Positions 1 through 9,016 of a stretch of 64,000 nucleotides of DNA are shown here, piece by piece. The number at the start of each line of letters is the position of its first letter. Position 1 is the first letter of the stretch. The translations under genes and the position numbers were made by a program. This DNA is from a virus (lineage: Duplodnaviria; Caudoviricetes), in the IMG/VR virus record IMGVR_UViG_3300003962_000002, positions 15,229 through 79,228 of that record. One strand, given 5' to 3'. The notes beneath the pieces were generated by a model, which saw only the letters and a list, made by a program, of their open reading frames with translations, was not told where the DNA came from and searched no databases.

Positions 1-84
1 ACAAAAGTCACCGTAAGAACTAAACGAACAAACAAAAACATAAATTACCAAATAACCAGAGAAACTATTTGCCAATTTCAATAG
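1..84 (+). CDS. 3' end of a CDS truncated by the window edge (TKVTVRTK...TICQFQ*)
   Basis: Frame 1 is open from base 1 to TAG at 82-84, directly before the GGAG RBS of the next gene. Confidence 0.3.
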   Translation, partial: TKVTVRTKRTNKNINYQITRETICQFQ

Positions 85-93
85 GAGTGTCGA

Positions 94-495
94 GTGTTTG
101 ACTATTTAGAAAAAAAGTTAATAGTTCTATTGAGAATTATCTTTTTCGATAAATGTTATAAATCTAGACGAGATATTAGGCAACTAAGAAAACAACACCC
201 ATACACAGTATATATGTGGGTGCGAGTAGCAGATCTAAAACTAGGACACCCAGTAAGTACTAGGTTTGATTGGAGATTAAGAAGAAGAATAAATCGACTG
301 ATTAACCTCAAAGGTAGTGATTGTCTTCCACCGCCGGATAGAATATACTCTTATACTTTGGATAAGGTGTGTCCGTCTAATGATAGTATTGAGGTGCTTG
401 ACGGCTTGGTATTAAATGGTAATGGTAGAGTATTTGCCTTACAACAAGCCGGATTTTACAATACGTTAATCTGTGTAAAAGCGAGGTTTAAATGA
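94..495 (+). CDS. ParB/Srx-like domain protein (putative)
   Basis: GTG start after GGAG; motif VLDGLVLNGNGRVFALQQAG resembles the ParB-N G-[HN]-x-R signature; ATGA overlap with ligase. Confidence 0.5.
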   Translation: MFDYLEKKLIVLLRIIFFDKCYKSRRDIRQLRKQHPYTVYMWVRVADLKLGHPVSTRFDWRLRRRINRLINLKGSDCLPPPDRIYSYTLDKVCPSNDSIEVLDGLVLNGNGRVFALQQAGFYNTLICVKARFK

Positions 496-1373
496 TTACT
501 AGACCTATGTTGGCGGTAGATGTAGAAGACCTCTCCAAGCTCAAATACCCCGTTATAGTGAGTCCTAAACTTGACGGCATACGTTGTGTCAAGGTCAACG
601 GAAAAGCCCTCTCCCGTTCGTTTAAACCAATCCCAAACCATCATATTCGTAATTGGATCGAAGCCAACGTTCCTGATGGAGCGGATGGCGAGATCCTTGC
701 TGGCAATTCCTTTCAGGATTGTCAGAGTATGGTCATGACTAGAGACGGTACTCCTGAGTTTACATTCAACGCTTTTGACTATGTGCGAGATGGCTTGCTA
801 ACCCCTTTTGAAGAGAGGTTTGGTCAGTTATTACTTATTAATGACTTAAAAGAAGATAACAGTTTTAAGGTGGTTGAGCATTTTAGGGTTCACAATGAAC
901 AAGAACTCTTAGAAGCTGAAGATAAATGGTTATCTGAAGGTTTTGAAGGGGTTATGATTCGTGATCCAAACGGACCTTATAAGTGTGGTAGGTCCACTCT
1001 GAGAGAAGGTTATCTCTTAAAACTTAAAAGATTCACAGACTCTGAAGCCGTCGTAACAGGTTTCGAAGAACTACTACACAACGATAATCCTAAGAAAAAG
1101 AATGAGTTGGGACTGACAAAAAGAAGCTCCCACAAAGATAATATGAAACCGGCAGGAACCTTAGGAGTAATCCTAGCAAAAGACTTGACAACAAACAAAG
1201 AAATACGTATAGGTAGTGGAGAAGGACTTACCAAAGCCTTCAGACAGTGTATCTGGGACAATCAAGAAACGTATCTAGGTCAGATTGTTAAGTATAAATG
1301 GTTTCAACCTGGAACATTAGATCTACCTCGTATTTTAACTTTTGTAGGTTTTAGAGATAAAGAGGATATGTGA
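492..1373 (+). CDS. lig: ATP-dependent DNA ligase
   Basis: Motif I SPKLDGIRC (adenylated Lys), DGEIL, FNAFD, EGVMIR, YKCGRST, LLKLKRFTDSEA; C-terminal OB fold with GSG. Confidence 0.95.
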   Translation: MITRPMLAVDVEDLSKLKYPVIVSPKLDGIRCVKVNGKALSRSFKPIPNHHIRNWIEANVPDGADGEILAGNSFQDCQSMVMTRDGTPEFTFNAFDYVRDGLLTPFEERFGQLLLINDLKEDNSFKVVEHFRVHNEQELLEAEDKWLSEGFEGVMIRDPNGPYKCGRSTLREGYLLKLKRFTDSEAVVTGFEELLHNDNPKKKNELGLTKRSSHKDNMKPAGTLGVILAKDLTTNKEIRIGSGEGLTKAFRQCIWDNQETYLGQIVKYKWFQPGTLDLPRILTFVGFRDKEDM

Positions 1374-2137
1374 TGTTGCTGCTTAACGACCAACCAATAA
1401 ACGTAACAATGTTTCCTGACAAGACCTCTCAGGTATGGAACATAAACATCCCACACCCAGAACACGATGAAGCTTGTATTATATGGAATTTTGAGCATGA
1501 AGGGGAGTTTCTACATCTAGCTCAATTGGTTGACTTATTACGTACTTCTGGAGTCGAACCCACACTCTCGATTACATATTTACCCTATGCTCGACAAGAC
1601 AAAAACATTAGCAATAATGCCACTTTTGCTTTAAGGAGTTTTGCAACTCTTTTAAATACTTTACGACTAACCTCTATAGCAATCCTAGATCCACATAATC
1701 CTACAATAGTACAACAATTAATCAATGATTGTTACTGTATGTATCCTAAAGTTGAAGTTAAAAAGGTATATAACGATCTAGGTTGTGATTTAGTTTGTTA
1801 TCCTGATAAAGGAGCTAAAGATAAGTATACAGATGTTTATAAGTTTAAAGATATTGTTTATTGTAATAAAGTAAGAAATCAAGCTACTGGAGTAATAGAA
1901 GGTCTTGAATTAGTTGGAGAAGTTAAAGATAAGAAAGTTTTGCTGGTGGACGACCTTGCAGATGGGGGTAGAACTTTTATAGAAGTAACAAAGAAACTAC
2001 TTGACGCAGAAGCAAAAGAAGTATATCTTTTTGTTACTCACGGCCTTTTTACAAAAGGTATTGAGTGTTTGCTCGATTCAGGAATTAAAAGAATATTTTC
2101 TATAAATAACCTACTCAACTTGACGGAGAACAAATGA
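1370..2137 (+). CDS. prs: Ribose-phosphate pyrophosphokinase-like protein (candidate Adps, ADPR-PP synthetase)
   Basis: YLPYARQDK, ILDPH, YPDKGA, KVRNQATG, PRPP-binding loop VLLVDDLADGGRTF, VTHGLF. Confidence 0.9.
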   Translation: MMLLLNDQPINVTMFPDKTSQVWNINIPHPEHDEACIIWNFEHEGEFLHLAQLVDLLRTSGVEPTLSITYLPYARQDKNISNNATFALRSFATLLNTLRLTSIAILDPHNPTIVQQLINDCYCMYPKVEVKKVYNDLGCDLVCYPDKGAKDKYTDVYKFKDIVYCNKVRNQATGVIEGLELVGEVKDKKVLLVDDLADGGRTFIEVTKKLLDAEAKEVYLFVTHGLFTKGIECLLDSGIKRIFSINNLLNLTENK

Positions 2138-3834
2138 AAAACTTTCTAAACCCAATGCTACTTGCAGATTTTTATAAACTAAGCCACAGGCTTATGTATC
2201 CCGAAGGAACTCAATCCGTATATAGTACTTGGACCCCTCGTACTAGTCGTATCGCCGAGATCGACGAAGTAGTGGTGTTTGGTATTAGAGCTTTTATTCA
2301 AGAGTATTTGATCGATTATTTCAACGAACAATTTTTCGATGTTCCTAAAAAGGACATTGTTGATGAATATAAACGAATTGTTTCTTCTACTCTAGGAGTA
2401 CAAGATCCAGACACATCTCACATCGAAGCTCTTCATGATCTGGGATATTTACCTTTGACTATCGAAGCTTTGCCCGAAGGCACAAAAGTACCTTTGAGAA
2501 CTCCCATCATGACTATTGAGAATACCCTACCTGAGTTTTTCTGGCTCACCAACTACATTGAAACTCTAGCTTCTTGTTCTTTGTGGCAAGCTAGTACCTC
2601 AGCTACCATCGCTGACAAGTATCGTCAAATTCTCGAAGAAGCTGCAATGAAGACGGTTGGTAATATTGACTTTGTTCCTTTTCAAGGTCACGACTTCTCT
2701 ATGCGAGGTATGAGTAGTTTGTCTTCTGCTGTAAGTAGTGGTATGGGGCATCTTCTCTCTTTCTGTGGTACTGATACCATCCCAGCTATTCAAGCTGCCG
2801 AACACTTTTACGATGCGGACGTAACAAAAGAGCTAGTAGGAACCTCTATCCCAGCCTCGGAACACAGTATCGAATGTTCGTATGGTGATGATATGAAATA
2901 TCTAGAAACACTCATTACTAAAATTCATCCAGAAGGATTTGTTTCTATTGTTAGTGATGGTTATGATTTCTGGGACGTTATTGGTCGAGTTATTCCAGAG
3001 CTAAAAGATAAAATTATGGCTCGTAATGGTAAAGTAGTCATTCGTCCAGATAGTGGAGACCCAGTTAAAATTGTGTGTGGAGAAGTCTTTCCAGAATTTA
3101 AAACGTTGGAAGAAGCTAAGGATAGAGCTTTAGATATCTTAGAAGAGCGAGCTTCGGAAGATTGTGAAGGTTCTTATAATGTGGGGAATGCTGAATATTC
3201 CTTAAACGTAAAAATACAAGATAAGTATTTTAAAATTACGTGTAAATTCGAATACAACCGTCATGACAAAACGTATTATTACGTAGACAAACGAGAACTA
3301 AAATCAATCGAAGAGTTTATTCCTACGTTAGAACAAAAAGGAGCCGTCGAAGCTCTGTGGGACATCTTCGGAGGTACGACAACCGAGAAAGGTTATAAAC
3401 TCCTAGACTCCCATATCGGATTAATCTACGGAGATGCGATCACCATCAACCGAGCCAAAGAGATCATCTCCAAACTTGAACAAAAAGGCTTTGCCTCAAT
3501 CAACGTAGTATTTGGGATTGGATCATACACTTACCAATACAACACTCGTGATACTTTTGGTTTTGCTTTAAAATCCACTCATTGCGTTATTAATGGTGAA
3601 GAGAAGATGATTTTTAAAGATCCAAAAACAGACAACGGAGTTAAGAAGTCTCAAAAAGGTCGAGTAGAGGTTTGTAAAGATGAGGCGGGAAAGATCGTAA
3701 CCTTAGACAGTCGTTCTAATATAGATTTAATCCCAAATGATTCTATATTTGAACTGGTGTTTCATGATGGAGTAGGCGACACTATGCCAGATAATTTCTC
3801 AACAATTCGTAAACGTTTAAGAGGCGAAGCATGA
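2134..3834 (+). CDS. nadV: Nicotinamide phosphoribosyltransferase-like protein (candidate Namat)
   Basis: LADFYKLSH, GHDFSMRG, GTDTIPA, SIPASEHS, SIVSDGYD, VIRPDSGDP, GLIYGDAIT, FGIGSYTYQYNTRDTFGFALK, KDPKTD..KKSQKG. Confidence 0.93.
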   Translation: MKNFLNPMLLADFYKLSHRLMYPEGTQSVYSTWTPRTSRIAEIDEVVVFGIRAFIQEYLIDYFNEQFFDVPKKDIVDEYKRIVSSTLGVQDPDTSHIEALHDLGYLPLTIEALPEGTKVPLRTPIMTIENTLPEFFWLTNYIETLASCSLWQASTSATIADKYRQILEEAAMKTVGNIDFVPFQGHDFSMRGMSSLSSAVSSGMGHLLSFCGTDTIPAIQAAEHFYDADVTKELVGTSIPASEHSIECSYGDDMKYLETLITKIHPEGFVSIVSDGYDFWDVIGRVIPELKDKIMARNGKVVIRPDSGDPVKIVCGEVFPEFKTLEEAKDRALDILEERASEDCEGSYNVGNAEYSLNVKIQDKYFKITCKFEYNRHDKTYYYVDKRELKSIEEFIPTLEQKGAVEALWDIFGGTTTEKGYKLLDSHIGLIYGDAITINRAKEIISKLEQKGFASINVVFGIGSYTYQYNTRDTFGFALKSTHCVINGEEKMIFKDPKTDNGVKKSQKGRVEVCKDEAGKIVTLDSRSNIDLIPNDSIFELVFHDGVGDTMPDNFSTIRKRLRGEA

Positions 3835-4196
3835 AACAGTATAAAACTTTTGAAGACTTGCCAATAGGAACGGTAATAAAATTAAAAAGTGGTGAAACTG
3901 TTCACGTTAGAAATAAGAATGATATTTTTGGAATCTACGTAGCAAATATAGAAGGTACTGTTCACGCAACCTTCTATCCTTCTGAAAAGTTGAAAGATGT
4001 TGGAGCAAAAGTATTAGGAAAACTAGACTTAAATAAACTAGAAGAGGCGGTTTTTCTAAGAACAGAAAAATTGTTTTATCACGAAGTTTTTGTACGTACT
4101 ACAGAAGAAAGATTGGACTTAGTCAATGAAATTGAGAGACTATTACTCGCCATACAAATTCTAGAACAACAAACCTCTCACAACCTAACTGTTTAA
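3831..4196 (+). CDS. Hypothetical protein
   Basis: 121-aa ORF, ATGA overlap with upstream stop. Confidence 0.75.
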   Translation: MKQYKTFEDLPIGTVIKLKSGETVHVRNKNDIFGIYVANIEGTVHATFYPSEKLKDVGAKVLGKLDLNKLEEAVFLRTEKLFYHEVFVRTTEERLDLVNEIERLLLAIQILEQQTSHNLTV

Positions 4197-4207
4197 GGAG
4201 TCGATAA

Positions 4208-4453
4208 ATGAATGGTCTTTTATTTTACGGGTTGATTGTTCTGTTGTTTATTGTGGTGTTTTCTGTCGGCATAGAATTGGACAAAAAGAAAAAGCCAGAG
4301 GATTATATTAATATATCAAACTCCGATTTACAATTTGCTGTTATTTTTGCGGCTGTGATTTGGCCAGCGGTAATCTTGATGAGTTTTGTCACTTCCTTAT
4401 ATACAATTGGACGTTGGGTAGGTAAAAAATTGGTAGAAGGGGGCTCACCGTGA
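4208..4453 (+). CDS. Hypothetical membrane protein (2 TM segments)
   Basis: AAGGAG RBS; two hydrophobic stretches. Confidence 0.75.
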   Translation: MNGLLFYGLIVLLFIVVFSVGIELDKKKKPEDYINISNSDLQFAVIFAAVIWPAVILMSFVTSLYTIGRWVGKKLVEGGSP

Positions 4454-4797
4454 GTATTGGTAATTCTGACGAGTCCTTTAAATATAGAGTATCACAAATA
4501 AAAGATCCTGTAGAAATGTTAGAGGTTTTACTGGAAAAAAGCGGCTTTTTTGGAGATCCTTATTATGGAGATTTAAACCTAGCTATGTGGGACCAAGCGC
4601 AGGTGATTATTTCTGCTAAAAAAGCTGAGGAGCGAAAGAAGAGGAAGGCGAAGGAGTACGCTTCCCGAATCAACGGCGAAGATAAAGATAAGATTCGAAC
4701 CTACAAAGGTCCTTCGAATGAAGTTATAATCCAAACTCTGATAGAAGCTGGATACTCTAAAGAAGAGGCAGAAGAAGCGGTAAGGAATACTATATGA
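4450..4797 (+). CDS. Hypothetical protein
   Basis: GTGA overlap; 115 aa. Confidence 0.7.
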   Translation: MSIGNSDESFKYRVSQIKDPVEMLEVLLEKSGFFGDPYYGDLNLAMWDQAQVIISAKKAEERKKRKAKEYASRINGEDKDKIRTYKGPSNEVIIQTLIEAGYSKEEAEEAVRNTI

Positions 4798-4988
4798 CTA
4801 AATATGGCTATGTTTGTAGAACCGACTTTGTTCATGAGTTTGGAGAGGACGGAGGCTCTATGCCTGTGTATCCATCTCTAGAAGAACTCAAGAAACATCG
4901 AAAATGTATTGCCGTTTGTGGTTGGGTTAAGGTAAGATTAGAAATGGAAGAAGAAGTATTAGGTGATGAGGGAGTATATGATCTTTAA
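4794..4988 (+). CDS. Hypothetical protein
   Basis: ATGA overlap; 64 aa. Confidence 0.65.
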   Translation: MTKYGYVCRTDFVHEFGEDGGSMPVYPSLEELKKHRKCIAVCGWVKVRLEMEEEVLGDEGVYDL

Positions 4989-5301
4989 AGTGGGAGATAA
5001 AGTAAGACGAGGCACTGGAGAAATCGGCACAGTGGTGTCTATCGCCCACCCATCCTTTTCTGGCAATTGTATTGCTGTGCAGTATGAGCGTCAGTGGGTT
5101 GAATATATGCCGGACGGCAGGTGGGGCAACTTTAACAAGAGAAGTAGTTACGACGTCGCTTCCATTATTCGTCCTGGTAAAACAGAACTTATTACAGAAG
5201 CTAACTACCATGAAATAGAAGCCGCCAGAAGCGATAAAGCCTTCGACGACCTACTAAACATGGATGTATTATATAAAGAGTTGGGAGGACAACGTGACTA
5301 A
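4978..5301 (+). CDS. Hypothetical protein, SH3-like N-terminus (FKVGDKV..G.IG.VV)
   Basis: ATG at 4978 preceded by GGGAG is preferred over the track start at 4963. Confidence 0.7.
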   Translation: MIFKVGDKVRRGTGEIGTVVSIAHPSFSGNCIAVQYERQWVEYMPDGRWGNFNKRSSYDVASIIRPGKTELITEANYHEIEAARSDKAFDDLLNMDVLYKELGGQRD

Positions 5302-5482
5302 AACTTGTGAAGAGTGGAGTAAGTCTAAAGACTTTGTGGGACTTGAGATCATCACAGAATTCAATAACGAAAACTACATTCATTCTCTAGGTTATTTGTG
5401 GAAATACGAACCAGTAGAGAAAGAAGAGTTTATTAGGCGTTTATCTTTTATACAACATAAATGGAGTTTTCCAAAACTATGA
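5294..5482 (+). CDS. Hypothetical protein
   Basis: GTG at 5294 after GGAGG; in frame with track ORF 5264..5482. Confidence 0.6.
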   Translation: MTKTCEEWSKSKDFVGLEIITEFNNENYIHSLGYLWKYEPVEKEEFIRRLSFIQHKWSFPKL

Positions 5483-6156
5483 TCATCACCGAAAAAGACG
5501 TAGGTAGAGAGGTCGTAACTTCTCACGGAGCAAAAGGAGTTATAGTTGCGGTAGAAGACCACGCTACTGTCAATATCTTCACGCCACACTCGGTCTACCC
5601 AGACGGTTATGTTTATGATTGTGGAACTTGGACTTATGCTCTTGATGGAACTTTCCCTTCAATGGGTAGAAAAGGTACAGATTGTATGAACCTTCATTTT
5701 GTCGACGAACAACCACAACCAGAAGAAGTTAAACAAGAACCAGAACGAGCTATGCGGTTTAATAGTAATAAATTTGGAATTAACCTTCTACCTTTGGACG
5801 GTATTATTGAATTAGTTCGAGTCTATACTGTAGGAGCTTTTAAATACAAACCTAACAATTGGCTTAAAGGTATGCCTTGGGAAGAGTGCGCAGCCTCTCT
5901 AGACAGACATTGGTTCAAGTGGAGGTGCGGCCACAACGTAGATCCTGATACGGGATGTCACCACCTAGCTCACGTAATGTGGAACGCATTGACTTTATTG
6001 GTATATCAACTTAGAGGTATTGGAAAAGACGACAGAACTAAAATAAACATTGACGACGACTTTAATTTAGTGCATAATCCATTAGGTATTGGACTCAGTC
6101 CAGAAAAACTGGAAGAGTTACAAAATAAGTATAAAAAACAACGAGGAGAAGAATGA
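5479..6156 (+). CDS. dATP/dGTP diphosphohydrolase domain protein (DUF5664-like) with N-terminal extension
   Basis: RFNSNK...LLP, VYTVGAFKY..NNW.KG, SLDRH...W..G...DPDTG.HHLAHVMWNAL; ATG 5479 overlaps the upstream TGA (track start 5461 also possible). Confidence 0.8.
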   Translation: MIITEKDVGREVVTSHGAKGVIVAVEDHATVNIFTPHSVYPDGYVYDCGTWTYALDGTFPSMGRKGTDCMNLHFVDEQPQPEEVKQEPERAMRFNSNKFGINLLPLDGIIELVRVYTVGAFKYKPNNWLKGMPWEECAASLDRHWFKWRCGHNVDPDTGCHHLAHVMWNALTLLVYQLRGIGKDDRTKINIDDDFNLVHNPLGIGLSPEKLEELQNKYKKQRGEE

Positions 6157-6392
6157 TGTTGACCGCTCAAGAACTAAGTGCTAAGTACGAAAAAGAACAG
6201 ACCAAACGTTTCCGAGCCATTAAAGGAGTAGCTACTCGTATCCTTAAGTGTGCAAAAGCTGGCCTAACTCGTACCGATCTAGAGGTGGCCTTGGTTTGTG
6301 TGGACGAGATCGAAGCTGAACTTAAAGCAGCAGGATACCAGACTTCAGTTGTAAAGACTAAGAAAGTCGCTAACTTGACAGTATCCTGGTAA
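6153..6392 (+). CDS. Hypothetical protein
   Basis: GGAG RBS, ATGA overlap. Confidence 0.7.
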   Translation: MMLTAQELSAKYEKEQTKRFRAIKGVATRILKCAKAGLTRTDLEVALVCVDEIEAELKAAGYQTSVVKTKKVANLTVSW

Positions 6393-6396
6393 TACA

Positions 6397-6726
6397 ATGT
6401 GGTCGGTCTACCTTCTATGGAATCCTGTATACAAAAGAACCTATATTGGTTGTACAACGGACGTAAATAGAAGGTTAAGACAGCACAATGGAGAGGTCAA
6501 AGGAGGAGCTAAAAGTACAAGGAAGTACTCTCCCTTTTGGAAGGTAGAAATGGTTATAGAAGGGTTCGATGGTAGGAGTTCAGCAATGAGGTGGGAAAAG
6601 ATCCTCAAATCTCGATCCAGAGGGCTTAAACAACGACGAGAATCGTTTATAATGGTCGGGGATAGAGGAGAGTGCCCTCCGGGTAAGAAATACGACGTAC
6701 CTTTAAATTTGAGGCTTAAACAGTGA
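6397..6726 (+). CDS. GIY-YIG endonuclease, SLX1-like
   Basis: VYLL...RTYIGCTTDVNRRLRQHNGEVKGGAK, later AMRWE. Confidence 0.88.
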   Translation: MWSVYLLWNPVYKRTYIGCTTDVNRRLRQHNGEVKGGAKSTRKYSPFWKVEMVIEGFDGRSSAMRWEKILKSRSRGLKQRRESFIMVGDRGECPPGKKYDVPLNLRLKQ

Positions 6727-7256
6727 CTACAGTAATTAATTTATATGGCGGTCCGGGTACTGGTAAAAGTACCTATGCCGCCTTTCTTTTTTCTTTGCTA
6801 AAGCAAAAAGGACTTGACGCAGAATTAGTAACGGAGTATGTTAAGCAGTGGGCGTGGGACGGCAAACAACCCGTAAACTACGACCAATTTTATTTGTTTG
6901 GCAAACAAGCTAAGAAAGAATATAGTTTGTTTGGTAAAGTAGATTACGTGGTCACGGATTCTCCAATGCTGGTTTGTGCTTATTATTCCGGGTTATATGG
7001 TACTCCAGAACAAGGGACATTGTTTAGGCATATGTACCAAACTTATATTAAAATGTGTGAAGCTAGTGGCGTGGAGATTAAACATTACTTCTTAAAGAGG
7101 TTGAAGCCTTATAATCCTAAAGGTAGGTTTCAAAATGAACAACAAGCCAAAGATATTGATTTAGAGTTGAAGATTTTTATGAAGTCGCTAGGGATTAAGT
7201 TTGAAGAGATTGACGGATCTAAAGAAGCTTTGGAACAATTGAGTGAGAGGTTTTAA
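6723..7256 (+). CDS. P-loop NTPase/kinase, NadR/AAA_28-like
   Basis: Walker A INLYGGPGTGKS; ELVTEYVK; VVTDSP; LKR.KPY...GR.Q. Confidence 0.8.
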   Translation: MTTVINLYGGPGTGKSTYAAFLFSLLKQKGLDAELVTEYVKQWAWDGKQPVNYDQFYLFGKQAKKEYSLFGKVDYVVTDSPMLVCAYYSGLYGTPEQGTLFRHMYQTYIKMCEASGVEIKHYFLKRLKPYNPKGRFQNEQQAKDIDLELKIFMKSLGIKFEEIDGSKEALEQLSERF

Positions 7257-7468
7257 TGAAATTTAAGGTCACAGAAATTACTGATGAAAAGGGTCGCAAG
7301 TTTTACAAAGCCAAAGTAAGACGCTATGGCATATGGTGTGATGTTTGTGATTTTCGAGGGAACAACCTTACAACTTCTGTGGAAGCTTTAGAGTATTTGT
7401 GTAAGGAATACCTTATTCGTAATAGAAAAAGGAAAGACAAATCTTACTGGATGGAGGTCAACCTATGA
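7256..7468 (+). CDS. Hypothetical protein
   Basis: TAATG overlap. Confidence 0.7.
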   Translation: MKFKVTEITDEKGRKFYKAKVRRYGIWCDVCDFRGNNLTTSVEALEYLCKEYLIRNRKRKDKSYWMEVNL

Positions 7469-7788
7469 GTTTAGATATATATTTCTATAATGAAAAAGAT
7501 GAGTATCTTGGTTCCAACAACGTAACTCATAATCTCAGCACTATGGCGGGCGTTGTGGGTTTGTATAAGTGTTTGTGGTATCCTGAGAAATTAAAGATCA
7601 CTAGAGCAAAAGAATTGTTACCTCGTTTGGTGTCAGGGCTAAGCAAACTTATTTATTGTAAAGATGAGTGCAAAATTCATGACTCGAATGATGGGTGGGG
7701 AAATTATGAGACCTTTGTTAGATTTGTAACTGAGATTATTGCTTTTTGTGTAGAAAATCCAAACGCAATTATAAAGGTTTCACGATGA
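7465..7788 (+). CDS. Hypothetical phage protein (MSLD...N.THNL..MA...GLY..LW type)
   Basis: GGAGG RBS, ATGA overlap. Confidence 0.75.
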   Translation: MSLDIYFYNEKDEYLGSNNVTHNLSTMAGVVGLYKCLWYPEKLKITRAKELLPRLVSGLSKLIYCKDECKIHDSNDGWGNYETFVRFVTEIIAFCVENPNAIIKVSR

Positions 7789-7862
7789 AAAAATGTATAG
7801 AGGATTTTAAAAAAAAGTTATTAGAAGATCAGTTTAGACGTGCTTTTAGGAGACCATTCTAA
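7785..7862 (+). CDS. Possible 25-aa coupling micro-ORF (MKKCIEDFKKKLLEDQFRRAFRRPF)
   Basis: Fills the gap exactly: ATGA overlap upstream, TAATG overlap with thyX. Confidence 0.35.
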   Translation: MKKCIEDFKKKLLEDQFRRAFRRPF

Positions 7863-8752
7863 TGACTATTTCCGCAAGAATAGAAAAAGATAGTATTAGT
7901 CCTAATGGAGATAGAATAACTACGTTTGTTCTTACTTATCCGAGATTCATTCATTCAGAATTTATGACGCACCGAATGTTTAGTCGAAATGCTTCTAGTT
8001 CTAGGGCCATTCCTTTTGAAAAACAAGTACAGATGATTTTGGATGATACGGCTATGCCTATATCTTTTTCTAAAAACAAAAAAGGTATGCAAGCCAACGA
8101 AGATATTGACGATCAAGAAGAAGCAAAACGAGTGTGGTTAGAAGCTAGAGATAAAGCGATAGAAGAGGCCACCAAACTTCACAGGTTAGGAGTCCATAAA
8201 CAACACGTAAACCGACTTCTAGAGCCTTTTATGCACATCACAGTAGTATGTACTGCGACCGAATATAATAACTTCTTCGCCCTAAGATATCATAGTATGG
8301 CTCAACCAGAACTACAAGAATTGGCTAGACAAATGTGGAAATTGTATAGAAGCCACAAACCTAGACCAACAAGGGAAGGAGAATGGCACTTACCTTTTAT
8401 TAAAAGAGAAGATATAATAAAAATACGAAAGGCTTTGGATTTGCGAGCAATTGAAATAAATAGTGAATATCCTAAAATAATTGAGCCACTATATACGATT
8501 TTGAGTAAATTGTCGGTAGCTCGATGCGCCAGAGTCAGTTATCTTAATCATGATGGTACTGCTCCAACTTTGGAACAAGACTTAGAGTTATACGAACGTC
8601 TTGTAGGAGGTAGTCCAAAACATAGTTCTCCAGCAGAACATCAAGCTACGCCACTACAAGGCATCTGGAGCGGTAATTTTTTTGGGTGGAAACAATATCG
8701 TAAAACGTTAATTGACGAATGTATCTACGAATTTGAAGGTCCATTAGGATAA
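7862..8752 (+). CDS. thyX: Flavin-dependent thymidylate synthase
   Basis: ThyX motif EFMTHRMFSRNASSSRAIP; HKQHVNRLLEPF; FFALR...AQPE; SVARCARVSY; H.SPAEHQA. Confidence 0.92.
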   Translation: MTISARIEKDSISPNGDRITTFVLTYPRFIHSEFMTHRMFSRNASSSRAIPFEKQVQMILDDTAMPISFSKNKKGMQANEDIDDQEEAKRVWLEARDKAIEEATKLHRLGVHKQHVNRLLEPFMHITVVCTATEYNNFFALRYHSMAQPELQELARQMWKLYRSHKPRPTREGEWHLPFIKREDIIKIRKALDLRAIEINSEYPKIIEPLYTILSKLSVARCARVSYLNHDGTAPTLEQDLELYERLVGGSPKHSSPAEHQATPLQGIWSGNFFGWKQYRKTLIDECIYEFEGPLG

Positions 8753-8755
8753 AAT

Positions 8756-9016
8756 ATGGCCGACATAATAGATCTACATGAAAAAAGACGTTCCAAGCTT
8801 CCCAAAGAAACACTTAGGCTGTATACTTTTGGAACCGAACTAGATAAACTGTTTATTCAACACCTAAGTGACGGAGCCAAACAATCTGACCTAGCGGTTG
8901 TTTGCGCTCATAGACTAGGAGAATTACTTAGAACTTTAGACGAAAATATCAAAGACGATATAATAGATTTGTCTGTTGACGTATTACTAAAACGATCAGG
9001 AGTAAACGATGTCTAG
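8756..9016 (+). CDS. Hypothetical protein
   Basis: 86-aa ORF in operon. Confidence 0.7.
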   Translation: MADIIDLHEKRRSKLPKETLRLYTFGTELDKLFIQHLSDGAKQSDLAVVCAHRLGELLRTLDENIKDDIIDLSVDVLLKRSGVNDV

